From Mobula hypostoma (lineage: Eukaryota), in the NCBI RefSeq assembly GCF_963921235.1, contig NC_086108.1, positions 55,802,001-55,866,000 on the forward strand: 64,000 nucleotides of DNA, given 5' to 3'. This document shows positions 53,946-64,000 of the stretch, piece after piece (the stretch's first letter is position 1; the number at the start of each line of letters is the position of its first letter). The notes beneath the pieces were generated by a model. It saw nothing but the letters and a program-made list of their open reading frames with translations, was not told where the DNA came from and made no database searches. A program made the translations under genes and the position numbers.

Positions 53946-54734
53946 GTAAGTACAATGTAAAAAAAGGAGTTGCATTGGATTCATTATAACCAGAGAATAC
54001 TCTTAAAGTCTTTTACAACCAGTTAAATGTTTTCTGAAGTGAAATGCACAGAATCACTACCAAAACATCTTGTTTCCCAAACCTATTTTCATTCTTGCCT
54101 AATTCTCAATCTATTACAACCAGAACTATTGCACCTCTTTTCTGATAACTCTTTCTGCTGCATGAAACAGATTATCTTTCTATGTTCCTACAATGATTAA
54201 GTTTATGCCCTAAACCCAGGATCGCCTTTCAATTCTTGCTGATTATTATCTGCAGCTATCAGCATGACACAGTGATTATGATAGAAAGTGTATAGTTGTA
54301 GATTTGCCAAATCAAAGCTTCATTTCATTATAGTACTGCGTTATTAGTTATATAATGTTTTAGTTCATCACTGATCCAATTATTTGTAAATTGAATTATC
54401 TAATTCTGACTATCGGTAGCCTTCCCCATTTCAATCATGGGTTTACAATCAAATACAACTACTGTTTGTTCTGTTCCCTTTCCCAGGCCTAGAAATACTA
54501 AAGCTAATTACCATCCCATAATCAGTAACCAAGTTGAAGTGAGCAAAGTTCAGTGCGGAAATGGGATAGAACTTGTAAACCTCCTAATCAGCATTGTTCA
54601 ATAATATATTACACAATATATTTTCTCAATAAGCTATCAAACAAGATTTTGAAGTTATGGATTTCAACGTTTTGTGCAAAAGTAGGATATGTAGTTTTGT
54701 TCCTCGCTTTCTCTAATGCTTTCATCGGTTAGTT

Positions 54735-55257
54735 CCAGTTCCGGTTGCCTCACTACAGGAAGGATGTGGAAACCATAGAAAGGGTGCAGAGGAGATTTAC
54801 AAGGATGTTGCCTGGATTGGGGAGCGTGCCTTATGAGAATAGGTTGAGTGAACTTGGCCTTTTCTCCTTGGAGTGACGGAGGATGAGAGGTGACCTAATA
54901 GAGGTGTACGAGATGATGAGAGGCATTGATCATGTAGATAGTCAGAGGCTTTTTCCCAAGGCAGAAATGGCTAGCACGAAAGGGCACATTTTTAAGGTGC
55001 TTGGAAGTAGGTACAAAGGAAGTGCCGGGTAAATTTTTTATGCAGAGAGTGGTCAGTGCATGGAATGAGCTGCCGGCGATGGCGGTGGAGGTGGAAACAA
55101 TAGGGTCTTTTAAGAGACTCCTGGATAAGTACATGGTTCTTAAAAAAATAGAGGGCTATAGATAACTCTAGGTAATTTCTAAGGTAAGGACATGTTTGGC
55201 ACTGCTTTGTGGGCCAAAGGGCCTGTATTGTGCTGTAGGTTTTCTATGCTTCTATGA
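54735..55257 (+). mobile_element. CR1 3' fragment
   Basis: PHYRKDVETIERVQRRFTRMLPGL..RMRGDLIEVY and TTCTATG tail. Confidence 0.85.
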
Positions 55258-55787
55258 TTACTTTCTAGTCCCATGGAATTATTTTCCTCCAGACCAATTA
55301 GAGACAATCATCAATGATATTCTGGGACTTGGGCTTATTTATCCAGGACAATAAAATGTCAGATTTTATACATGAATTCCCATGACTTAAAAGGCAAACC
55401 TGGCATTAACAAGTGCTTGTGAATGTCTTTGCGTACATTAAATAGTTTCCAAACATAATACATGGAATAAAAGTTCATCCCCCATTGTTGTCGGTGGAAG
55501 AACACATCTGACATTCAGTTGGTAAACTCCCATAGCAGTAAATATGAGATCAGTGATTGTGTTACAACAGTCAATTCGTACTATTTTGTGCCCTTGTTTT
55601 GCACATTATTACTACCGTGTGGTTCTCACAGGAACAGATTGCAAACAATTAAATTTATCTACAGTGAATCCAACACATTCTGTTTCACAGTTTTTTTTTA
55701 TTAACTGGTACAGTATTAGAAAGAAAAGTTAACGATCCTAAATATGCAGTTATTGCCATCTTTTGCTATTCATTCATGTTTGTTTGA

Positions 55788-55922
<135 letters not shown>

Positions 55923-57438
55923 TGATACTGTAACAAACTTCAACAATTGCATAGACTGTAGAACATTGAATAGTATAGCATGGACAGACACTATGGCCCA
56001 CAGTACCTGTATTCATTGTTATTTCTATTCTTTAGCATATGATTTCTGATTCAATTTAAAATGTCTAAAAAATTCATCTTTCTTCCTTTGTCCATTTATA
56101 GTAGTTCTTTCTGAAGTAGTACTTTTTTGTCGTAAGGCTTTCTATTGTAAGGGATATGGGTTGGATCCTGGAAAATGAGACCAGCTGGTATAGACATCTT
56201 GATTGGCAAGGACAAGATAGACCAACATGCCTGTTTCCTTGCCATAAAACCCTGAATATTTTCACAGGCATCAGTTGTCTTTGTGTAGTCTTCCTATTGG
56301 CTTTGTTGTAGAGTTTACAATGGAAGAGATTTTTCCTAACCAATGTCAAGTCCAAAATAGCAAGTGGAACTTTTCAATTATCTGTGACCACCAATGCTGA
56401 GTGGATGGTGCGCTCTCATTCCCCTTGATATTCTCCTCCAAACAAATGGTTTCATTGACTTGGAGGCGCTTTGAGCAGCTGATACTATGGCATGTGTTTA
56501 GTTCTGATTATTAAGGATGAATTCTTAGCCCAAAATTTTCAAACATCTGGCATTCGACTTAAGAAGCTTACCTTCAATTTTAATAAAAATGAAGGGATAT
56601 AAATTGACAAAGCTATTAAACCATTAATGCCAATCACATATATTCTACCCTTTAAAAGTAGAGAAATAATGATATCTGAGAGAATATCTTTAATTGCTAA
56701 ATTTTATCTGTCATATCAACACAGTTATTGATCTCGTGTATTCCTGTTTCCCTATTTTGGTTTTGTCTGTTTAACACTTGGTGACTAATTTTGTGTAGGC
56801 GGAGTGAGCAATGAGTATAAAGCCTCCAATTGGTTGCAGTTTCTAAAGGAATCTGTTAAGATTCATCACGTATTATGTTTTTGTTGCTGTTTTAATCCAG
56901 TTCTAAAATGGAACAATTTAAGCCTATTTCCAATATATTTTTTGTTCCTAATGAATTGCATCAATACAGATGGATGTTTCTCTGGACTTTTTTTCTTAAT
57001 GGTGTCCAGAATGTCTACCATCCTAGGTGCCTTATGTAATTGGCTATTGTTTGTAGCAGAGCCAAAAGACATAATACCAACAAATTTACTTGGCAATTGA
57101 ACACTTAAAACTGCACCTAAACTGGTAGAGTAAAGTGGGATGATTTACATGGATGATCTGCTAGTCAGCTGTTAGGTAGCAAACAACAACGCCTAGCTTT
57201 CTTAACCCATCCTTTCCCCCAATCCAACATGATTGTTTTATTTTGAATTATTTTAAAAGGGAAGCCCTGTATGTACTTGTGTCAACCCTTAAGTATTGTA
57301 GCATTCTTGTACTTTAATAAGCTGCACTGATTTTTTTTGGCAAAACATATTACCTAATTCACAAAGAATCAACATCACATGGGTGTCTTCAGCTTTCTTT
57401 TCATTGTCTTCACTTTCTTGAACCTGCTTATTTTTCAG

Positions 57439-57593
57439 ATTCCGAGTTAGCACTGATGTACAACGATGAGTCTGTGTTAGAAAACCACCATCTGGCTGTA
57501 GGTTTTAAACTGCTGCAGGAGGACTCCTGTGACATTTTTCAGAATCTTACCAAGAAGCAGAGGCAGATGCTAAGGAAGATGGTTATTGAGATT
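57439..57593 (+). CDS. PDE4B: PDE4B catalytic exon, 155 nt
   Basis: TTTCAG|AT...ATT|GTAAGT; (N)[51 protein letters not shown]. Confidence 0.96.
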
Positions 57594-57709
57594 GTAAGTA
57601 ATCAGGCCTGTGGACTCGGTGCTATAAACTGACAGACATCTTTTTGTTTCTGTGGAGATCTAAAACCTAAAATAATTGATCAAATATCCAATATTCTTCT
57701 TTGTTCTAG

Positions 57710-57832
57710 GTGTTGGCCACAGACATGTCAAAACATATGACGTTGCTGGCAGATCTCAAGACCATGGTGGAAACAAAGAAAGTGACGAGTTCAGGTGTTT
57801 TACAACTTGATAATTACACAGATAGAATTCAG
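57710..57832 (+). CDS. PDE4B: PDE4B catalytic exon, 123 nt
   Basis: TTCTAG|GTG...[50 protein letters not shown]. Confidence 0.96.
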
Positions 57833-58339
57833 GTGTGTAGCTTGACCAACAGTATTCAATGCCTACATGAAGTGCTGTTGAGGGTGCTGTTCATGTTTTC
57901 CAGGGCATCTGGTACACCCCTAATGAGATCATTATTCTCTTAACATCCATTTCCACACATGCTATTATAAATGAGATTAGAACTACTGTGGAACTGTTTT
58001 AATATGAATAGATGCATGCCCTTATGGTTTCTTGGTTTTTATACTATTTAAAGCTCCCTTTATATGGCAACATTAGCAGGGGGTACCTTGCAGCATACAC
58101 AAAAGATCCATAGTGCCTTTATATTCATCCACTACACACTGCACAATAAAAGAAGAAAACAGCTAGCAGATGGGCCATTCAGAACCTCACCTCCTGCTGA
58201 GCGAAGGAAACAAGTATTGTCTGCAAGGAATTTCAGTGATTATTCAATTGAGTGTCCTATCTTAAGAAGCCTGAAACATGTAATTGCCTGGTACAAACTA
58301 AAAAGCACTGTGCTTCCAAACTCTCTGTCAACGATTTGG

Positions 58340-59215
58340 ATGGGAATGTATAAAGCATGCTTAGTAAGTTTCTGAATTATACTAAAATGGGTGGCATTGT
58401 AGACAATAAAAATGGTTATCAGGATTTACAGAGGGATCTTGATCAACTGGCCAAGTGGACCGAGGAATGCAAAATGAGTTTAATTTTGATAATTACAAGT
58501 TGTTGCATTTCGGGAAGACAAATGGGTGTGGGACTTGCACACTGAACGGTAGGGTCCTGGGAAGTGTTATAGAACAATGGAGACAGGAGTACAAGTGAAG
58601 CAACCCCTGAAAGTGACCTTTTGGCACACTGACCTTCAGTCAGGGCATTGAGTAGAATGATTGAAATATATATATATATTGCATAGGAGGTACATTTGGA
58701 ATATTGTGCTCTTTTTTTCATCATCCTGCTGTATGAAAAACTCTATTAAGCTGGAAAGAGCGCAGAGGATTTTTATAAAGATGTTGCCAGGACTCAAGGA
58801 ACTGAGTTATCTTGAAAGGTTGAGCAGGTTGGGACTTCATTCACTGGAATGTGGGAAAATGAGCGTGATTATGAGAACATCTTTTTTCCCAGGTTTGGAG
58901 AATCAAAAGCTAGGCTCAAGCTGAGAGGGGAGAGCTTTAATCAGATTATGAGAACATCTTTTTTTCCCAGGTTTGGAGAATCAAAAGCTAGGCTCAAGCT
59001 GAGAGGGGAGAGCTTTAATCAGAATGGGAGGAACAACTATTGCACCCAGACAGTCATTGGTACATAGAATGAGCTGTCAGGGGAAGTGGTTGAGACATAT
59101 AAACAAAATTTTAAAAGTACTTGAGTAGGAAAGGGCAAATGGAACTACCTTAGATTATAACCTTGGTCCGAGTGGACTACTTGAGTCAAAGGACCTGTTT
59201 CCATGCTATATGACT
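58340..59215 (+). mobile_element. CR1 fragment with an internal 77-bp tandem duplication (58867-59023)
   Basis: LQRDLDQLAKW, KLERAQRIFIKMLPGL; GATTATGAGAACATC..GCTTTAATCA present twice. Confidence 0.8.
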
Positions 59216-59630
59216 CTGACTTTTGACTTTATGATCCTTAGTATCAATATAGTACACTGATAATTAATTTAATTTATTTAGAGATACAGTATGGTAACAG
59301 GCCCTTCCAGCCCAATGAGCCATTAACACCAACCTGTTTGTCTTTAGAATATGGGAGGAAACCCGAGCTCCAGGGGAAGCCCACACAGTTCCAACCTGCT
59401 CAAACTCCTTACAGATAGCAGTGAGTCAGAAGCAAGAGGTCAGAAAAGTCACAAAATACCATCACATTCACTTCTATTAAAATAAACAGGCGTTTGCAGT
59501 GTATCACTGCTGTCGAGCTTTGTAGAAAAGACAGGGTAGAATAATATGCCTCCTTTGATGCCATTATTAAAATAATTCTGTAATACTGTTCTTCAGCAGT
59601 CTGGTTAAACATCTGTTATTTTGGTTGCAG

Positions 59631-59813
59631 GTTCTCCGTAACATGGTACACTGTGCTGATCTGAGCAATCCCACAAAGTCTCTAGAGCTGTACAGACAAT
59701 GGACGGATCGAATCATGGATGAATTCTTTCACCAGGGAGACAAAGAACGGGAGCGAGGCATGGAAATAAGCCCAATGTGTGACAAACACACAGCAATAGT
59801 TGAAAAATCCCAG
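59631..59813 (+). CDS. PDE4B: PDE4B catalytic exon, 183 nt
   Basis: TTGCAG|GTT...[70 protein letters not shown]. Confidence 0.96.
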
Positions 59814-60588
59814 GTAGGTGATAAGTTCTGTAGTTGTTGAATAGTGTTCAAAAGGTCCATGAACAGTTTTATTATTATCCTGACTTCCTTGTTTATGTGC
59901 ACTGTGCCTCTATTTATAAACTGAAAAATACTTGATATTTTAAAATAGCATTATTAGATTGATCTTCTGTCTTCAAAGATTTGTCTATTAAGCCTGCCAC
60001 TCTTGTGCAACCTTTTTGTGTCATTTAAGTTATATTGACTTTTGTTCAAAAAGATACCACTTCACACTTCTCTCTTCTCTCATTATGCTTCATTCAGCTT
60101 TTGTCTGTCAATTTTCTATAGGGGGCCTTTGCTGTCCTGAACTCTGCTACTTTTTGTCACCATTTTGTGTGCTACATTTTAAAGTTTTTTGTTGCCTGTA
60201 TTAAAATAATGCCCTATTCTGGGTCACTAATGTACATCAGAACAAGAGCAAACAATCTTGTGAAGCGCAACTCCATTCATCACTTCAGAGCTTTCTGTAA
60301 TAGGGTGAGAGAGTGGATTAAGTGTCTTTGATTAATGGAAAAGGAACAGGCTTATTTGATCCTTGGTCTCTATTCTTATGTAATCAGTGCACTGGATTAC
60401 TTTCTGTTCTCCCTACTCCTCCTTTCGTCATTTATGTAAGCAGGGATGCATTTGGCCTTGTGGTGCCAGTTCAAATAGATTCCAAATGAAGCACTGAGAC
60501 AGCATTCTCGTTCAAAAATTACAGACTTATATTTCCATCTTTACATGTGTACATTTTAAATCTATGTTCTTAATTTGTTTTAATTCAG

Positions 60589-60978
60589 GTTGGATTCATT
60601 GATTACATTGCACATCCATTGTGGGAAACGTGGGCAGATCTCGTTCATCCTGATGCACAGGATATTCTAGACACATTGGAGGACAATAGGAATTGGTATC
60701 AGAGCATGATACCCCAGAGCCCATCCCCTTCCCCTGATGAGCAAGAGAAAGAAGGACAGTGTTCCACTGAAAAATTCCAATTTGAACTCACACTAGAAGA
60801 AAATGAGGATTCTGAAGAAACTGAGAAAGAGGAAACAAGTCAGGGAGAAGAGGACAGTAGCTGTCAGAGTTGTGAAACAAAAATCTTTGTTGCACTGGAG
60901 TCCGAGAACCAGGAAACAGAGATGGAAGAAGCACAAACAGATCCACTCACGGAAGACACAACACCCGTAGATACGTAA
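60589..60978 (+). CDS. PDE4B: PDE4B last coding exon
   Basis: [56 protein letters not shown]...[10 protein letters not shown]...TPVDT-TAA; ERK site (PQSP) and FQF docking motif present. Confidence 0.96.
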   Translation, partial: VGFIDYIAHPLWETWADLVHPDAQDILDTLEDNRNWYQSMIPQSPSPSPDEQEKEGQCSTEKFQFELTLEENEDSEETEKEETSQGEEDSSCQSCETKIFVALESENQETEMEEAQTDPLTEDTTPVDT

Positions 60979-63800
60979 ATTTTCTAAAGATGTGGACATA
61001 TGCTTATTGTCACACTTGCAATTTATCTGTAGGAAAGAAGCCTATGATATGGGTTTATATTCCTAGATAGACATTTGCCGAAGAAAGCTTGCCGTTATGG
61101 TTCAGATGATGAACTATCATGACACCAAGGTTGGAAAGACAATAGTGGTGGAAACATTTAGAAGTTTTGATGTAGGGGCTTATTGACAAGCAATGTTTAT
61201 TTGAAACTGGTGGGCACAAGCCATCCAAAAGTAGGGATGAGCATGCAAATGAATGACACAACACTGAGAGATTTTGTATTGCAAGACACTGAAACTGCAT
61301 TCCAGTCTCAACAATATGAAATAGCTTTTCATGTAGGAAAATGTTCTCTGTTAAGTCAATGATGTCTTAGGACTGTGTGCCTTTTGAAAAACGTTTCTGT
61401 CCTTCCAAAAGTATTTTATTTTAAGTGAACACAATTTACTAAAATCCTAACAGAATTTTTCTACATATGATGAATAGTGGCATGAACAAATGAGAATTAA
61501 GTCTTCCGTTTCCCATCATAGACAAAATGGCAATATCTTCCAGTTATCAGTAAATTGTTTATAAAGTGTATTCTTTGGTGTATCTTTACTTTTGAAAGTT
61601 AAAAAGGGGACAAACAGTTTAAACACATTTTTTAATGTATCCCAACTATTCTGGTGGTTTAGAAACATTTTCTTTTTATATCTGCCTTTTTTTAAGAAAC
61701 GTTCTTGGGATATTCTAAATACCTACTTGTTACACATTACCACAATTTTTCAAGGAGGAAAGGCAATTTAACTTTACTCCGTAATGCAAGTTTGAAGATC
61801 TGAACACAATATCAAGTCATTGATTCTGTGAAATATACCAAATGATAATATTTCCAACTCACAGTTCACCCTGAAACTAACAAAACAAGTGAGAAGGTTG
61901 AATGGCTCACTAAGTTTGAGCCTTCAGGGCAAGAGTTTGGATCCAGCTCAGAGTGATGTGTTGAAAGAAAAATGAAGAAAATTTGGGCACTCCACTCTGG
62001 CATGGACCCTTCAGAAAAGTTGCTCACCACCCAAAGATTTGGTCTAATTTGATGTTAATTCTGAGAAAATACCTGGATCATATGTTAGGATAATGAAAGA
62101 ATCCTAGGATTGTATAGATGAAAGGAAGCAGTAAACTTTCTTTGGATCAAACATGCAAAAAAAAACACAAAAATGATACATCCCCATAATGTCAGTTAGC
62201 ATTTTTTAAACTCATTCACACCACATCCTTTGGGAATTAGGATCTGTTTATTGGGAAATGTAAGGGATTTTTCTGCTGGAAATGTTCTGGGAGTTATGTC
62301 ATGTCATTTTCCAGGTTGTCAAAGCAGATGCATGTGCCAAGCTCAGACCTTTGTAGAAAGACACGAGTTTCATTAGGAATTGTGATTTCTTGTGTAACTT
62401 AGCAGCTTGGATTCCAGTCTTTTTAGTTCAAAGAAAGCTCTTAATCCCTTTAGAACATTTTCTTTTTGGTTTCTGCATTAGTGATATATGCTGGAAAATT
62501 GTTAGTTAATGTTTATTACCAGCAGTGTTAATAAGTTCAAATAAATTGTGGGCTAATTTTGATTTAATTAACAAATGAATTATATGACATCACCAGGATC
62601 AAGTAAAAATTATCTTTTCTTTTTTTCTCTTTTTACTTTTCAAAATGGAAACTTTTGATTAGGAAGAGGTTTCAGCTCTATTTTCATAATTTCACTTCTT
62701 AAAAACTGGTATTTTGGCGCACACATATTGCCTGATCCATGATAGGCCAAAATTTTTCAAACACACATTACCAATGTTAGGTATGATCACCCACAATTAT
62801 AAATTGTCTTTTCAAACGGTAATATTTCACTGGATAATTGGGTAGTTGGAGGGCGTTGGAAGAGCATGGCGATGCCTTCCTCCTTTGCTTATACTCTGAA
62901 ACCATGGCACCACTTTTCATTGTTCCTATTCATGATCTTAACAGTCATAGAAAAACATTGTCTATGTGCAGGTACTTCTAACCAACAATTTTAGAACAAA
63001 CTCTGGCAACATGAGTTTGTATTAGGAGACCTTGGTGAGCATTTAGATTTTTTACATGTATCATGTAGAACTAAGAGACTGTTCACTTGAATGCTTTTAT
63101 CCTTTAATTTATTTAGGTGTCTTGCCATTCTTCATCAGCTTGGGCATCTTTTGTATAGCATTGCAACCATATTCTTAGAACACATCCATTTTCTATTTAG
63201 AGCTCTGTATTTATACCATGTACATACTGTATAATGTTTGCTGTAAATTATTAATTTATACAGGTACATTAACATTGCCTTTAAAGTGGTGGTGTTGCTG
63301 TGTAGAAAATTTCAGGTGAAAATTCCCTTTTTACCTTTTTTTTAATAATGGTGTAATATAGAATAACCTGAACAGTGGTGATAAAGAGACATATGGAACC
63401 CAGAGGTCACAGATATTAAAGTTTTTCAGTTATCTGAAGTAATCCACCATAGATTCCAGTTTAAAACTATTCAATGTGCAACTATGAAGCAATGTCTGGG
63501 ATAACTGTTAAAAAGATAAAGCAACAAAACACAAAAAAAAAATTGCAGTCTGATGTCAGTACCTTTTAAAATACGTTTTAAGCTTTTGGTCCAAATTGTG
63601 TTAAAAAACAGTTCAACAGATTGAAACGTCTGCATGAGTAATGGGTTTATATGTCTGTTAAACATTGCAATGTTTCAGGTGGTGATTTCCTTAATGTTTT
63701 CTGAGTCTCACACAATGTATGGTACAGTATTGTATATTGTGTTCAGAAACCTTTTAAGAGATTTTTATATGAAGTGATTAAACAAAAGCATGGATATATT
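60979..63800 (+). other. Probable PDE4B 3' UTR; candidate poly(A) signal ATTAAA at 63777-63782
   Basis: AT-rich, no recognisable transposon fragments; ATTAAA followed by U-rich sequence. The true end is not demonstrable from sequence. Confidence 0.55.
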
Positions 63801-64000
63801 TTATGTTCCTTCAATTTTATTGCATTTTGGAAGTTATTAAATAGCACGATTGGTGCTTTTAAACTCAGTGAGTATAATACTCTGCATTTTAATTATTTTT
63901 CTCGTCATGTCCTCTTTTTATCCTGGTCACCCAGCATGCTTCACTCATTGTAATCTCTCCAGTTGCTATTCTTTATTGTCCACTCTAATTGCTCTCCAGA

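Overview
Eukaryotic (vertebrate) genomic DNA. The repeat families (Penelope-like elements, CR1, Rex1/Babar-like LINEs, tRNA-SINEs) suggest a cartilaginous fish, probably a ray; that assignment is inference. The window holds the 3' part of a cAMP-specific phosphodiesterase 4B gene (PDE4B) on the + strand. I can read a PDE4B2-type short-form first exon (15465-15680, with an internal acceptor for long forms), a PDE4B5-type super-short first exon (40486-40533, MPEANYLLSVSWGYIK), nine shared downstream exons to the stop at 60978, and an AT-rich 3' UTR of about 2.8 kb. All junctions are GT-AG and phase-compatible, giving about 567 aa (B2-like) and 511 aa (B5-like). Introns are full of decayed transposons. 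The most interesting non-genic signals are (i) minimal type-I hammerhead ribozyme motifs in the Penelope terminal repeats, one with an intact core and in sense orientation inside a PDE4B intron (52949-52986), and (ii) a three-LTR Gypsy-like compound bounded by a single target-site duplication, apparently carrying DNA copied from another locus. I see no convincing wholly new protein-coding system.
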